DNA of 51,197 nucleotides from Alphaproteobacteria bacterium. Lineage in GTDB: Bacteria; Pseudomonadota; Alphaproteobacteria; Rickettsiales; SXRF01. Location of the stretch: the NCBI GenBank assembly GCA_050249355.1, contig JBFWQQ010000003.1:1-51197 (forward strand), in the 5' to 3' direction. The translations under genes and the position numbers were made by a program. Below are positions 11,752 through 23,097 of the stretch, one piece after another (the first letter of the stretch is position 1; the number at the start of each line of letters is the position of its first letter). Under the pieces are notes generated by a model. That model did no database searches and had not been told where the DNA came from. It worked only from the letters and a program-made list of their open reading frames with translations.

Positions 11752-13401
11752 TTAGTTAGCCTGCCTGCGCAGGAACGCAGGGATATCCAGATATTGTTCC
11801 TCTTCCTGCTTTTTTTCGTGCTGCTGCTGCGGCTGCACGGCCTGCTGGCGCTGTACCACCTGCACCCGTCCCGCCACTTCCTGACGACCGAACGACTCGC
11901 TGCGACCGGAGAATGCACGCCCGACATCCGCCATACGTTTCAGGAAACCACGCCCCTCATCATCCTGTGCGGATTCACGGTATTCGTTACGCGGCGAAAT
12001 AGCTTGCGCCGCTTGCTGGGGGTACTGTTCATACTGCTGCGATTGTTCCTGCTGTGGCGCCTGCGGCATGGCTTGTTGGTGTACCACAGGGGCAGGATCT
12101 TGTTCCGGCTCGTGATCACGCTGGCCAGAAGATGTTGCAGGTTGCGCCTGTTCCTGCGCAGGAGCCGCGGATTCCGGCTTGCGCGGCTCTGCACGTACAA
12201 CGGCAGGCGGAGTGCGAGACTCCATGGCAGCGCGTGCAGCCATGGCAGCAGCTTCCGGCATATAGGCGCGGGAGTGCTCCCCGAACGCAGCCGGACGCAC
12301 GATCGGTGTGGCCGGACGCTGGGCCTGCTCAGCCTGTTTGGTCGATGACGACGGCGGGGTAAAGGCAAATGCCTTTTTCGGCTCAGCCACCGGGAAAGAT
12401 TTATGCTGATTGTTCGGGCTTACCGCATTCGACTCCGCATCAATGCCGGTTGCCACGACCGATACGCGCATCGTTCCATTCATTTCATCACTGAATGTAG
12501 ATCCGAATATGATGTTGGCATCCGGGTCGACCTCTTCACGCACGCGGTTGGCCGCTTCGTCCACCTCGTACAAGGTCATGTCGTTACCGCCGGTGATGTT
12601 GATCAGAAGCGCGCGGGCACCTTTGAGCGATACATCATCGAGCAGCGGGTTAGAGATCGCCGCTTCGGCCGCTTCGATGGCCCGGCGTTCCCCGGTGGCT
12701 TCACCGGTACCCATCATGGCTTTGCCCATCTCACGCATCACGCTGCGGATATCCGCAAAGTCGAGATTGATGAGACCCGGGCGCACCATCAGGTCGGTGA
12801 CCCCACGCACCCCTGAGTGCAGCACTTCATCCGCCATCTGGAAAGCCTGGGCGAAGGTTGTGCTTTCATTGGCCAGACGGAACAGGTTCTGGTTCGGAAT
12901 GACGATCAGGGTATCGACATATTCCTGCAGTTCCTTCAGGCCGCTCTCCGCCAGACGCATGCGATAGGTGCCCTCGAACTGGAATGGCTTGGTTACCACC
13001 GCGACGGTCAGGATGCCCTGCTCTTTTGCGAGCCGCGCCACAACCGGCGCCGCTCCCGTCCCGGTGCCACCACCCATACCGGCTGTGATGAACACCATAT
13101 TGCTGCCTTCCACATAGGCGGCGATTTCTTCTGCAACCTCTTCGGCAGCTGCCTTGCCGATATCCGGGTTGGCTCCAGCACCAAGACCCTTGGTGATGCC
13201 TGCACCGAGCTGAATGGTGCGCTCGGTGAGCGAATGATCCAGCGCCTGCGCATCGGTATTGGCGACCACGAAATTCACACCTTCGAGCTGTGAGGCGATC
13301 ATGTTGTTGACCGCGTTGCCACCCGCGCCGCCCACACCGATGACGGTAATAGTAGGACGGAGCACCTGATTGTTTTCCGGAAGCTGCAGATTGATGGTCA
13401 T
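11752..13401 (-). CDS. ftsZ: Cell division GTPase FtsZ (long Q/P/A-rich linker)
   Basis: GGGTGTG tubulin motif, NLDFAD, C-terminal core peptide [12 protein letters not shown]. Confidence 0.99.
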   Translation of the reverse strand: MTINLQLPENNQVLRPTITVIGVGGAGGNAVNNMIASQLEGVNFVVANTDAQALDHSLTERTIQLGAGITKGLGAGANPDIGKAAAEEVAEEIAAYVEGSNMVFITAGMGGGTGTGAAPVVARLAKEQGILTVAVVTKPFQFEGTYRMRLAESGLKELQEYVDTLIVIPNQNLFRLANESTTFAQAFQMADEVLHSGVRGVTDLMVRPGLINLDFADIRSVMREMGKAMMGTGEATGERRAIEAAEAAISNPLLDDVSLKGARALLINITGGNDMTLYEVDEAANRVREEVDPDANIIFGSTFSDEMNGTMRVSVVATGIDAESNAVSPNNQHKSFPVAEPKKAFAFTPPSSSTKQAEQAQRPATPIVRPAAFGEHSRAYMPEAAAMAARAAMESRTPPAVVRAEPRKPESAAPAQEQAQPATSSGQRDHEPEQDPAPVVHQQAMPQAPQQEQSQQYEQYPQQAAQAISPRNEYRESAQDDEGRGFLKRMADVGRAFSGRSESFGRQEVAGRVQVVQRQQAVQPQQQHEKKQEEEQYLDIPAFLRRQAN

Positions 13402-13455
13402 GGCGTAAATTCCTTTTTTGCTAAATGGTTAGGCCCATTCCCGTTGCAAAAACAA

Positions 13456-13503
13456 AACACACATATTGTTTTTATATTCCCGTTTTAACACTACATTTAG
13501 TGG
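13456..13503. promoter_or_regulatory. Tandem NrdR-box-like sites upstream of ftsZ
   Basis: ACACTACATTTAGTGG (13488-13503) and the weaker AACACACATATTGTTT (13456-13471), 32 bp apart, resemble acaCwAtATaTwGtgt. Confidence 0.4.
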
Positions 13504-13520
13504 TTTGCATCTTTTTTTTT

Positions 13521-13603
13521 CGTCATTCGAGACCAATCTCTACAAGATCAAGGATATTAGTCACCACATCCCATGGCCCGCAAATGCCTCACCGGGGATG
13601 ACG
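13521..13603. repeat. Degenerate CGTCAT...ATGACG element
   Basis: Ends CGTCATTC / GGATGACG resemble the 3930-3996 element; the interior is diverged. Confidence 0.35.
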
Positions 13604-13605
13604 GC

Positions 13606-14874
13606 TTAAAAATTCTCCTTGAACCAGCTGACCACTTTTTCAAAGCCGGCGGTGAAATTCCCACGGCGACGATTCAGGTCGAACATCTGCTCTTCCATCG
13701 GCTTTTTTACCACATATTCCACCATGCCGAGCGCCGTCGCAAATGCAGGGCCGCTGACCGATTCAGCCAGTCCCGGAAGCGCATGCGGACGACCGAGGCG
13801 CACTTGTTTATTCAAAAGCTGCGACGCCATTTCACGCACCCCCAGAAGCTGGCTTGCTCCACCCGTAAGCACCACACGTTTCCCTGCAAGGTGCGACACA
13901 CCGGCAATTTCGATCTTGCTGCGGATCATTTCAAATATTTCCTCGATACGCGGGCGGATGACCCCCACCAGCATGGAGCGTGGCATGGTATTGCTCTCAT
14001 CGTCGTAATCTTCCTCGCCCAGTGGCGGCACATCAATCATCACCTGGTCATCGCTGGGGGATGGAGTAGCGCTGCCATGCAGTGTTTTCAGGCGTTCGGC
14101 ATTATGCAGGCTGGTGGAAAGCCCGCGCGCAATGTCGTTGGTCACATGGCTGCCGCCGACCGGGATGGCATCGGTATAAATGTTCTTGCCGCCGGAGAAT
14201 ACGCAAAAACTGGTCACTCCCGCACCCATATCCACCAAAGTGACACCTAGTTGCTTTTCATCCTCTTCCAGCACGGAAAGCGCCGAGGCATACGGGCTGG
14301 CGATATATTCATCGACATTCAGGTGGCAACGGCCGATGCAATGTGCGAGGTTACGCGTCACACTTGGCAGGCCAGTGATCATGTGCAAATCTGCCCCCAG
14401 CTTTTTTCCATACATCTTGCGCGGATCGGTAATACCCTTGGCACCGTCGAGGTAATAGGAAACCGGGATGCAGTGTATAATCTCCAGCTCGCTATGCGAT
14501 ACCGAAGCACGCCCCTGCTCCACTATGTCCATGATATCGCGGTCGGTCACCTCTTCGCCCAGCATGCTCATTTCCACCATGACATTGCGCGATACCAGAT
14601 TGCCGCCCGACAGGCTGACCAGCACATTCTCTACCTGCTCGCCTGCCATCTGCTCGGCCGCATGCACGGCAGAAACCAACGATGCTTCCGCCTCAGCGAA
14701 ATCCGTTATGATACCGGAACGAATACCTTTGGAAAGCTGGTGCCCGATACCGGTGACCTTGATCTCACCGGCGGAGTCTATATGAGCGATAAAGCAGGCG
14801 ATCTTAGCCGTCCCTACGTCCAGTACGGCCACGCTCCCCATATCATTATTCTGGTTCTTTGTCGTCTTTTTCAT
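13606..14874 (-). CDS. ftsA: Cell division protein FtsA
   Basis: LDVGTAKI, DMGAG and VLTGGASQL actin-fold motifs; C-terminal amphipathic helix WFKENF. Confidence 0.98.
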   Translation of the reverse strand: MKKTTKNQNNDMGSVAVLDVGTAKIACFIAHIDSAGEIKVTGIGHQLSKGIRSGIITDFAEAEASLVSAVHAAEQMAGEQVENVLVSLSGGNLVSRNVMVEMSMLGEEVTDRDIMDIVEQGRASVSHSELEIIHCIPVSYYLDGAKGITDPRKMYGKKLGADLHMITGLPSVTRNLAHCIGRCHLNVDEYIASPYASALSVLEEDEKQLGVTLVDMGAGVTSFCVFSGGKNIYTDAIPVGGSHVTNDIARGLSTSLHNAERLKTLHGSATPSPSDDQVMIDVPPLGEEDYDDESNTMPRSMLVGVIRPRIEEIFEMIRSKIEIAGVSHLAGKRVVLTGGASQLLGVREMASQLLNKQVRLGRPHALPGLAESVSGPAFATALGMVEYVVKKPMEEQMFDLNRRRGNFTAGFEKVVSWFKENF

Positions 14875-14935
14875 GGTGCCTTGCTGTTATATCAGGCTAC
14901 TCTACAATGAATCAGGCAACACGCAATTTGATTTT

Positions 14936-15817
14936 TTAAGTTTCTTTGGCCACGTCCAGCTTCACTGGCTCCGCTTCCACCGGCAAGGTGATGAACATGC
15001 GGCCATTGACACGCAGGTCGATCGCTTGCAGATCACGATCGAGTAATGCCTGTTTTTCATGCATTTGGGCCAGTCTTGCCCATGCCGCTTGTGGATCTTT
15101 CTCCGGCAGCTTGACTTCGGTGTTATCATCCATCCGAATGTTCCAGCGCCGACTGCTTATGCGTACCGCCGCTTTAAAACGCGGCGCCAGTTCTTTCTCA
15201 GCCTGCAGCAGTTGCAGCACCTCGCCCACGCTGGCCGGGGCGTTCTTGCCCACCACCAGCGGCAGGTGCGGATATTCGGCCACTTTGATATCCGGCATGG
15301 ACACGCCATTATCATCAATGAGCGTATAGTTTCCCTGATATTGCCATATCGCCACCGGCTGGCGCTCAAGTATCTTCACATTCAGGCGGCCCGGCAGCTC
15401 GCGCTCTACATAGGCCGTATGGATGGAGCTGATGCCTTCCAGCCGCTGTCGCAGGTCTTCCAGTGATACCTGCAGGATGGGATCGCCTTTTTTCAGGCCG
15501 ATCACTTTGCGTATTTCCTCTGTTGGCGTACGGTAGCGCCCCTCCAGATACAGGACTTCAAAGCCAAATCCCGCATCGGCGGTTAGCTGGTACATGCCAT
15601 TGGTGATGGTGGTATAGGCATGGGAAATCAGGCTGTGCTTCCAGATAAAAAATCCCGTGACCCCGGCAACCACCACTGCGGCAGCGGCACCACCCATCCT
15701 TACCTTACGCATCAGTTCCGCGCGTTTCTTGCGGGCATTCTTCTCGCGCATGATCTGCTGCGTCTGGCGCTGGCGCGACGTCATATTGCTGGTTTTTTTC
15801 GCTTTTTTACGGGCCAT
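14936..15817 (-). CDS. ftsQ: Cell division protein FtsQ
   Basis: Basic N-terminus, one TM segment, POTRA-like VERELPGRLNVKILERQP, IDLR motif; dcw position. Confidence 0.93.
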   Translation of the reverse strand: MARKKAKKTSNMTSRQRQTQQIMREKNARKKRAELMRKVRMGGAAAAVVVAGVTGFFIWKHSLISHAYTTITNGMYQLTADAGFGFEVLYLEGRYRTPTEEIRKVIGLKKGDPILQVSLEDLRQRLEGISSIHTAYVERELPGRLNVKILERQPVAIWQYQGNYTLIDDNGVSMPDIKVAEYPHLPLVVGKNAPASVGEVLQLLQAEKELAPRFKAAVRISSRRWNIRMDDNTEVKLPEKDPQAAWARLAQMHEKQALLDRDLQAIDLRVNGRMFITLPVEAEPVKLDVAKET

Positions 15818-15818
15818 A

Positions 15819-16808
15819 TCAACCTTTGGCGGCGTGTGTAAGAGCATCCGGTATGGCAGAATGTTTTGCCTGCAGGGCATCTTCTACCAATAATCTTACC
15901 AATTCATTAAAAGATACGCCGGCATGTGCCGCGATCTCCGGTGACAGGGATAGTGCCGTCATGCCGGGTTGGGTATTAATCTCCAGCAGATAGAATGTAT
16001 CGCCGTCATAACGGAAGTCCGAACGGGTCAGGCCACGGCAGCCAAGCGCAACATGTGCGCGCTCGGCCAGCTGCATCACGTGGTCGCGCTCCCTATCGGT
16101 CAGCGGTGCCGGGCACAGATGCTCGGTTTTTCCGTCGGTATATTTGTTGGTGTAGTCGTAAAAGCCTTCCAGCGGGCGAATCTCGGTCACGCCCATCGCC
16201 TTGCCGGACAGCACCGCCACGGTGATCTCCCGGCCGGGAATATATTCCTCTACGAGGAACGTGGCGTGTGATGCGCGGCGTGTGGCGCAAGAGGTTTCCT
16301 GCCCCACGCTCCACACTCCACGCTCCGCTATCTGACTCAATGGACGGCTGTCCTCGGCGGTCACAATCACCACGCCGACACTGGAACCCTCATCCGCCGG
16401 TTTCACCACGAACGGTCGCGGCAACGGATCGCCACCCGAAAGCAGCGCCTCTGCAGTCAGCGTCACCCCGCCCGGACAGCGCAAGCCCGCTGCTTCGAAC
16501 ACACGCTTAGCCATAGGCTTATCCATCGCCACCGCAGATGCCAACACGCCCGAATGGGTGTAGGGAATGCCCATCAGCTCTAGCATGCCTTGTACACAGC
16601 CATCTTCACCAAAGCGGCCATGCAGCGCGTTGAATACTACATCCGGTTTAGCTGCCGCCAGTTTTGCAGCTATATCCGGCGCCACGTCGATCTCGGTCAC
16701 CTTATAGCCGTTGGCACGCAACGCATTGGCACAGGCAGCGCCACTGTTGAGTGAAACCTCACGCTCAGCCGACCAACCGCCTTTGAGTAGTGCCACGTGT
16801 AGTGTCAT
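15819..16808 (-). CDS. ddl: D-alanine--D-alanine ligase (with in-frame heptamer-repeat insertion)
   Basis: GGWSAEREVSL, ALHGRFGEDG, EGSSVGV, EINTQPGMT; start at the ATGA overlap with murB. Confidence 0.97.
   Translation of the reverse strand: MTLHVALLKGGWSAEREVSLNSGAACANALRANGYKVTEIDVAPDIAAKLAAAKPDVVFNALHGRFGEDGCVQGMLELMGIPYTHSGVLASAVAMDKPMAKRVFEAAGLRCPGGVTLTAEALLSGGDPLPRPFVVKPADEGSSVGVVIVTAEDSRPLSQIAERGVWSVGQETSCATRRASHATFLVEEYIPGREITVAVLSGKAMGVTEIRPLEGFYDYTNKYTDGKTEHLCPAPLTDRERDHVMQLAERAHVALGCRGLTRSDFRYDGDTFYLLEINTQPGMTALSLSPEIAAHAGVSFNELVRLLVEDALQAKHSAIPDALTHAAKG
16260..16328. repeat. Inverted heptamer-array element inside ddl
   Basis: CGTGGCG-TGTGATG-CGCGGCG-TGTGGCG ... CCACGCT-CCACACT-CCACGCT; encodes ERGVWSVGQETSCATRRASHAT. 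Confidence 0.7.
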
Positions 16809-17947
16809 GATGATTTTCCTATTCTCTTGATTTCCCATTCCAGTAATATGCCGGTTTTTTCCTGCACACGCTTACGCACTTCCTCGCCAAGATTTTCCAG
16901 ATCGGCGGCAGTGGCATCGCCGGTGTTGATCAGGAAGTTGCAGTGCTGCCCCGACACTTGCGCACCGCCTATTCGTAAGCCCCGACATCCCGCCTGTTCG
17001 ATCAGTTGCCAAGCTTTATGTCCTTCGGGATTCTTGAACGTGCTGCCACCGGTACGCGAACGCACCGGTTGTGTGCCTTCGCGCGCGCTGCTGATCTCGT
17101 TCATACGACTTTGTATGCCTTCCTTATCGCCCGGTATGCCGAACAATAACGCCTGCGTTACCACCGCCCCTTCCGGCAGCGCGCTGTTGCGGTAAACAAA
17201 TCCTAATTCCTTGTTGGTCAGCATGCGAATGATGCCATTGCGCTCCACGATCTGCGCCTGCTTCAGCACATGCGAAATATCCGCGCCGTATGCGCCGGCA
17301 TTCATGCGTACCGCACCGCCAATCGTGCCAGGTATGCCGCACAAAAACTCCAGCCCGGACAGGCCATGCGCACACGCCACAGCCGCTACATGCACATCAA
17401 GTGCGCCGCCGCCTGCAATTATTGTATTGCCTCCGTCATTCGCTTGCTGCTCGCGCCATGAGGCAGGCTGTCCCGCCGCTGGCGGGCCATTTTCATTCAA
17501 TTGCGCATCACAACGCATTCGTTGTGATGCGACGCTGGCGCGGCCCGCTGACCGCGATTCTGCTTCACCGACAGTGATTCCGGCAAACCCTCTACCCAAC
17601 TTAATCACCACGCCATCGATGCCGCCATCGCGCACGATGACATTAGAACCGACCCCCAGCACCGTCACCGGTACATCGTGCGGCAACAGGCGGAAAAACG
17701 CCGCAAGGTCCTGTGCATCTTGCGGGCGGAATACGAACTCGGCCAGTCCACCGACACGGAACCAGTTGGTTTTCGACAGCTCTACCTGCTCGCGGATACG
17801 CGGGCGGAATGTATCGAACCGTGGTTCGTATAATATTTTTGCCCCCGTGAATTGCTTCTGCAAATCTCCTGCGGCGCGCTCAGGGCTGGCACGGCCTGCT
17901 GACCGCGCTTCTTTACCATTATTACTGCCAGCAATAATGGCTATCAT
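16805..17947 (-). CDS. murB: UDP-N-acetylenolpyruvoylglucosamine reductase (with two in-frame repeat insertions)
   Basis: [45 protein letters not shown]; start at the ATGA overlap with murC. Confidence 0.97.
   Translation of the reverse strand: MIAIIAGSNNGKEARSAGRASPERAAGDLQKQFTGAKILYEPRFDTFRPRIREQVELSKTNWFRVGGLAEFVFRPQDAQDLAAFFRLLPHDVPVTVLGVGSNVIVRDGGIDGVVIKLGRGFAGITVGEAESRSAGRASVASQRMRCDAQLNENGPPAAGQPASWREQQANDGGNTIIAGGGALDVHVAAVACAHGLSGLEFLCGIPGTIGGAVRMNAGAYGADISHVLKQAQIVERNGIIRMLTNKELGFVYRNSALPEGAVVTQALLFGIPGDKEGIQSRMNEISSAREGTQPVRSRTGGSTFKNPEGHKAWQLIEQAGCRGLRIGGAQVSGQHCNFLINTGDATAADLENLGEEVRKRVQEKTGILLEWEIKRIGKSS
17435..17562 (-). repeat. Composite palindromic insertion in murB
   Basis: GCGGTC-AGCG-GGCCGC head like the AGNA family, followed by the hairpin CGCATCACAACG-AATG-CGTTGTGATGCG and further stem-loops; encodes [42 protein letters not shown]. 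Confidence 0.8.
17836..17914 (-). repeat. Double-hairpin AGNA repeat in the murB 5' end
   Basis: AAAGAAGCGCGGTCAGCAGGCCG is shared exactly with rluD 35002-35024; encodes [10 protein letters not shown]. Confidence 0.88.
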
Positions 17948-19392
17948 GAAACCGCCTTTTTCTGCGCGTCGGATACGTTGCCTGCCAGCGCATACGCCCA
18001 TTTGGTGATAGACCCGGCGCCGAGACATATCACCATATCGCCCGGCTTGCCCGCCGATGCGATCAGAGATGACAGCGCTTCTTCTTTCTCCAGTCGCAAC
18101 ACGTTGCGGTGGCCCATGCTGCGCAGGCCTTCCACCAGATGCGCCGCGTCAATGCCTGTTATCGGCTCTTCGCCTGCCGGATACACCTCGGCAACGATCA
18201 CGGTGTCGGCATCGTTGAAGCAGGTGCAGAAATCCTTGAACAGGTCACGCAGCCGGGTGTAGCGGTGCGGCTGTACCACGGCGATCACTCCGCCGCCACT
18301 GGGTTTCTGCGCGGCGCGTGCGGCCTTCAGTGCCGCCGCAATTTCCACCGGGTGGTGTGCGTAATCGTCGATGATGGTCATGCCCATCGCTTCGCCCGTG
18401 CGCGTGAAACGGCGCTTCACGCCCTCGAATTTTTCCAGCGCCGCCCGTACCTGGCCGTCGGTGATCTTCAACTCACAACCCACCGCGATCGCCGCCAGTG
18501 CATTGCTCACATTATGCTGGCCAAACATTGGCAGCAATACATCCCGGATGGTGCGCTTTTCGCCCTCACGCAAGCTGACCTCGACATCGAACAGCTGGCC
18601 CTTTTCATGCGGGCGGATGTTGCGTGCGCGCACCGCCGCTTGCGGGTTGGTGCCGTAGCTGACGATACGGCGGTCGGTGATGGTGGCAGACAGCGCCTGC
18701 ACCTCAGGGTGATCAATGCACATCACCGCAAAACCATAGAACGGGATATTGCTTACGAAGGTACGGAAGCCCTCTTTCATGGCATCATAGGAGCCGTAAT
18801 GATCGAGATGTTCCGGGTCCATGTTGGTGACCACGGCAATGGTGGCCGGGAGCCGCGTGAAGCTGCCGTCGGATTCGTCGGCCTCCACTACCATCCATTC
18901 ACCCTTGCCCAGATAGGCATTGGTGCCGCGCGCGTTGATGATGCCGCCGTTGATAACGGTCGGTTGCAATTCCGCGCCTTCCAGTATGGCAGCGGTCAGT
19001 GCGGTGGTAGTTGTTTTTCCGTGCGTCCCGGCAATAGCGATCGACATCTTCAGACGCATCAGCTCGGCCAGCATTTCTGCACGGCGCACAATCGGCAGGC
19101 GCGCCTGCCGGGCAGCCTGCATTTCCGGGTTGTCGGCCTTGATAGCGGATGATTTCACCACTACCGACACACCTTTGATGTGTTCGCCATTGTGTCCCAC
19201 ATGCACGGTGATGCCGAGTTTTTTCAGGCGCTGCGTGTTGTAGCTGTCGGAACTGTCCGATCCCTGCACTTTATAACCGAGGTTGTGCAGCACTTCTGCG
19301 ATACCGCTCATGCCGATACCACCTATACCGACGAAATGGATCAGCCCGACATCCAGTGGTAGACGTGTGGAAATGGGTAGTGAGTTTATCAT
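17944..19392 (-). CDS. murC: UDP-N-acetylmuramate--L-alanine ligase
   Basis: [36 protein letters not shown]. Confidence 0.98.
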   Translation of the reverse strand: MINSLPISTRLPLDVGLIHFVGIGGIGMSGIAEVLHNLGYKVQGSDSSDSYNTQRLKKLGITVHVGHNGEHIKGVSVVVKSSAIKADNPEMQAARQARLPIVRRAEMLAELMRLKMSIAIAGTHGKTTTTALTAAILEGAELQPTVINGGIINARGTNAYLGKGEWMVVEADESDGSFTRLPATIAVVTNMDPEHLDHYGSYDAMKEGFRTFVSNIPFYGFAVMCIDHPEVQALSATITDRRIVSYGTNPQAAVRARNIRPHEKGQLFDVEVSLREGEKRTIRDVLLPMFGQHNVSNALAAIAVGCELKITDGQVRAALEKFEGVKRRFTRTGEAMGMTIIDDYAHHPVEIAAALKAARAAQKPSGGGVIAVVQPHRYTRLRDLFKDFCTCFNDADTVIVAEVYPAGEEPITGIDAAHLVEGLRSMGHRNVLRLEKEEALSSLIASAGKPGDMVICLGAGSITKWAYALAGNVSDAQKKAVS

Positions 19393-20549
19393 GCGGCCTC
19401 CATGTTGGATGCGTTGGATGAGGTTTTATTATGCGTGGCCGACTGCAAGCGTGCAGTATGCAATACGACTTCGGTGAGTTTTTCTGCGGCGTCACCCAGC
19501 CCCATCTGGCGCGCACCCGTTGCGGCCTTGGTCAGCGAATCGGGCGTGTTCAGGAATGCTTCCAGCCGGGCCGACAGGGCTGACGGCGTAAAGCCCGGCT
19601 GCGCCATCACCCAGCCACCGCCAGCATGCTCGAATGCATCGGCGTTGATGGCCTGATGATTGTCCATCGAGTTCGGCAGCGGCACCAGTATACCCGGCCG
19701 ACCTGCAACCGCCAGTTCAAACACGGTAGAAGCTCCCGAGCGCGCGATCACCAGATGACTGGCCGCCAACCGCGCCGGCAGGTCGACAAAGAACGTGGAT
19801 AGCTCTGCCTGCACTTTCATTTTTTCGTATGCCGCCTTGGCCGATTCAAGTTCTGCAGCACGGCACTGCTGGTCAATATGCACCCGTTTACGCACTCCGG
19901 CAGGCAACATGCCTACCGCTGCCGGTACGATCTGGCTGAATATGGCTGCTCCCTGCGAGCCACCGGTAACTAATATACGGATCGGCCCGTCCTGTGATAC
20001 TTCCGGGTATGGCAGTTCGCGCAATGCCTTCACCGAGGCGCGCACCGGGTTACCAGTGACCGTGACATGCTTCACCCGTTTGGGCATCATCTGGGTGTCA
20101 GGAAATGACGTGGCTACATGGTCAACGCGACTGGCAAGTATGCGGTTGGCACGGCCCAGCACGGAATTCTGCTCGTGAATGACGGTAGGGATGCCGCGCA
20201 AGGAAGCGGCGAACATCGTGGGAAACGACGGGTAACCGCCAAACCCCACCACTACTTTTGGCTTCAGGTTGCCCAGCCGTTGCCATGCCTGAAAAATGCC
20301 CAGCGCCAGATCCATAAGGCCGGTGAATTTTTTAAGAAAACCACCCGCCACCGTTCCGGCATGGATGGTCTGCGTCTCGATATCCGACAAAGCACCGCTG
20401 GTAAAGTTGGCAAAGCGCTTATCGGTCACCAGCACAACACGTTGACCGCGCGCAAGCAACTTCTCAGCCAACGCTTCCGCCGGGAAAATATGCCCGCCCG
20501 TACCCCCGGCAGCCAGCACCACCGGTGTGTTGTCATGTGTCTGTGTCAT
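19389..20549 (-). CDS. murG: Lipid I GlcNAc transferase
   Basis: [27 protein letters not shown]. Confidence 0.98.
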   Translation of the reverse strand: MTQTHDNTPVVLAAGGTGGHIFPAEALAEKLLARGQRVVLVTDKRFANFTSGALSDIETQTIHAGTVAGGFLKKFTGLMDLALGIFQAWQRLGNLKPKVVVGFGGYPSFPTMFAASLRGIPTVIHEQNSVLGRANRILASRVDHVATSFPDTQMMPKRVKHVTVTGNPVRASVKALRELPYPEVSQDGPIRILVTGGSQGAAIFSQIVPAAVGMLPAGVRKRVHIDQQCRAAELESAKAAYEKMKVQAELSTFFVDLPARLAASHLVIARSGASTVFELAVAGRPGILVPLPNSMDNHQAINADAFEHAGGGWVMAQPGFTPSALSARLEAFLNTPDSLTKAATGARQMGLGDAAEKLTEVVLHTARLQSATHNKTSSNASNMEAA

Positions 20550-20624
20550 GAGGTTTTTTCGTGTATTTTATTATCCCTGCCGCAGTCTAGCGGAACATGG
20601 CACAGATTCAAGTCAAAACAGCAC

Positions 20625-21740
20625 TCAGTGCCGCTTGCCGTATTTAGTGCGGGTGAGCGCCAGCATCATGCCCATACCCAGCGCGATAGACAACACCGAA
20701 GAGCCGCCGTAACTCAAAAATGGCAATGTCATGCCTTTGGCAGGAAACAGGTTCACCGCCACGCCCATATTCACGATCGCCTGTATGCCAAATTGCGACA
20801 GCACGCCCGCCACCGCCACCACCACGAAAAGGTCGTTCTCCTGCCACACACGGCTAAGGCCACGCAACAAAATGAAGGCAAACAGCCCAAGTATCAGCAG
20901 GCATGCGATGATGCCAAACTCCTCACCTGCCACGGCAAAAATAAAATCGGTGTGCGAATCGGGAAGGAATTGCTTCACCTCGCCCTCGCCCGGACCACGC
21001 CCGAATAACCCACCGTTGCGGAAGGCTTCCAGCGAACGGTCGACCTGATAATTATCACCCGATTCGGGATCAAGAAAGCTATTGATACGCCGCGCCACAT
21101 GCGGCAGCATGGTATATGCTGCCATGGCTCCGGCAGCGGCCAGCACAGCCAACGCCACCACCCAGAATATCGGCAAGCCCGCAAGGAACAGCTGGATACC
21201 CCACACGGCCGATACTGTAAGTGTCATCCCAAAATCGGGTTGGATGATGAGCAACAGCACCACCACCAGATACATCGCGATGCTGACCCGGTAGCCCGGA
21301 AAATCCACCCGCCGCTGGTTCTCAGCGCAGATCCACGCCATCACCACCGCAAAGCACGGCTTCATGAATTCCGACGGCTGGATGCTGATGCCTGCAAGGT
21401 TTATCCAGCGATGCGAGCCTTTCACCTCCATGCCAAAGAACGGCAGCAGCACCATCATGGCGATGCTGCCGGCAAATCCCACCACGGCCAATCGGCGTAT
21501 GGCATTCGCTGGCAGCAATGACACCATAAACATGATCGCCAGCCCGGCCAGCAAGAACATCTGGTGCCGGTGCACAAAATGAAATGGCGGCAGGTCAAGT
21601 CGGCGCGCCACGGGCGGGCTGCCCGCCGTCACCAGTATCAGTCCCAGTGCCATCAGGATGACAAGCGCAGCAAGGTTGATCTTGTCTACCGTCCACCACC
21701 AGCGGCCAAAAATACTGTTATTGGTTCTGTCCAGACGCAT
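20625..21740 (-). CDS. ftsW: SEDS glycosyltransferase FtsW
   Basis: IQPSEF, QPDFG, HTDFIF, KGMTLPFLSYGGSS. Confidence 0.97.
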   Translation of the reverse strand: MRLDRTNNSIFGRWWWTVDKINLAALVILMALGLILVTAGSPPVARRLDLPPFHFVHRHQMFLLAGLAIMFMVSLLPANAIRRLAVVGFAGSIAMMVLLPFFGMEVKGSHRWINLAGISIQPSEFMKPCFAVVMAWICAENQRRVDFPGYRVSIAMYLVVVLLLIIQPDFGMTLTVSAVWGIQLFLAGLPIFWVVALAVLAAAGAMAAYTMLPHVARRINSFLDPESGDNYQVDRSLEAFRNGGLFGRGPGEGEVKQFLPDSHTDFIFAVAGEEFGIIACLLILGLFAFILLRGLSRVWQENDLFVVVAVAGVLSQFGIQAIVNMGVAVNLFPAKGMTLPFLSYGGSSVLSIALGMGMMLALTRTKYGKRH

Positions 21741-23097
21741 GGCGCTCCTGCTTTCCGGTTAATTGTTCCACCATCGTACAAAACGCATCGCCGCGCTGCT
21801 CGAAATTAGCCCACTGGTCGAACGACGCGCAGGCCGGAGACAGCAACACCACTGCACCGTTCTTTCCGAGTGCCTGCTCTGCGGCCCGTGTCACTGCAGT
21901 TTGCAGGTCGCCGCAACGCGTGTTAGCCACCTTGCCTTCTAGTGTACGGGCGAATGCATACTCTGCCTCTCCGATCAGGAATGCATGCCGGATGCGCGGA
22001 AAATATTCCGCCAGCGAATCGATTCCACCTTCCTTGGCCTTGCCTCCCGCGATCCAATAAATATTATCAAATGCCGATAGCGCATGGCTGGTGGAATCGG
22101 CATTGGTCGCCTTGCTGTCGTTGATGAACCACACGCCGCCGATTTCGGCCACGCGCTGCAGGCGATGGCGCAGGCCAGGAAAACTCTGCATGGCACTGCG
22201 GATGGCTTCAGGCGCCAACCCCAGCTGGAAACAGGCGGCATAGGCCATAGCAGCGTTCTGCCAGTTATGGCGGCCAGTGAGCGACGCAATAGATGTGATG
22301 TCGCTGCTATAGCCTTCCGCCGGGTGGTGCAACACGCCTTCCTTCACATACACGCCGCCGGGCAGTTCGCGCTTGGTGGAAACTTTCACCAACTGTTGGC
22401 GCACTAATGCCGCTGCGGTTGCCGCCGAGTGTTCGTCATCCACCGAGATGACCGCACTGTCTTGCAGCTGCTGCGCGGCAAATATCCGCCGTTTGGCCAT
22501 GACATAGCCATCCATACCGCCATGCCGGTCGAGATGGTCGGGTGAAATATTCATCCACACCGCGACGTGAAAACGCTCACCATCCATCAGATCGAGCTGG
22601 TACGATGAAAGCTCGAGCACATACACGCCATCCGGGCCCAACGGCTGTAGGTCAAGCGCAGGTGTGCCGATGTTACCGCCCATCTGATTTTTTACGCCAC
22701 ACGCATCGAGTATATGGTGGATCAGCGCGGTTGTGGTCGATTTTCCGTTGGTGCCGGTGATGCCGACCGTGCGCGCATCGCGGCACGCCTGTATTAAAAG
22801 CGCTACATCGCAGGTGATGATGCAGCCATGTTCCTGCGCCATCTGCACCACCGGGTGCGGTGCCGGATGCGTCAGCGGCACGCCGGGGCTAAGCACCAGT
22901 ATTTCGATATCCTCCCACGGCCATTCGTTGTAATGAAGAGCCGTGAATTGTTCCTGTGGGCCTTGCTTTTGCTGGCTGTCATCCCATGCGAACACCTGCG
23001 CGCCTCCTGCATGCAGCGCGGCAATGGCAGACCGTCCGGCCTTTCCCAGCCCGAATACGGCTACCGTGCTGCCAGCATATAGCGTGAGTGGGATCAT
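21718..23097 (-). CDS. murD: UDP-MurNAc-L-Ala--D-Glu ligase
   Basis: [37 protein letters not shown]. Confidence 0.98.
   Translation of the reverse strand: MIPLTLYAGSTVAVFGLGKAGRSAIAALHAGGAQVFAWDDSQQKQGPQEQFTALHYNEWPWEDIEILVLSPGVPLTHPAPHPVVQMAQEHGCIITCDVALLIQACRDARTVGITGTNGKSTTTALIHHILDACGVKNQMGGNIGTPALDLQPLGPDGVYVLELSSYQLDLMDGERFHVAVWMNISPDHLDRHGGMDGYVMAKRRIFAAQQLQDSAVISVDDEHSAATAAALVRQQLVKVSTKRELPGGVYVKEGVLHHPAEGYSSDITSIASLTGRHNWQNAAMAYAACFQLGLAPEAIRSAMQSFPGLRHRLQRVAEIGGVWFINDSKATNADSTSHALSAFDNIYWIAGGKAKEGGIDSLAEYFPRIRHAFLIGEAEYAFARTLEGKVANTRCGDLQTAVTRAAEQALGKNGAVVLLSPACASFDQWANFEQRGDAFCTMVEQLTGKQERHASGQNQ

Noticed and set aside
11752-12430. Long Q/P-rich FtsZ linker as a novelty
   Set aside because: Long variable linkers are normal for alphaproteobacterial FtsZ
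17435-17562. Intein or intron as the explanation for the murB/rluD/ddl inserts
   Set aside because: Inserts are only 20-45 aa, lack intein C/S...HN termini and group I/II intron features, and keep the reading frame
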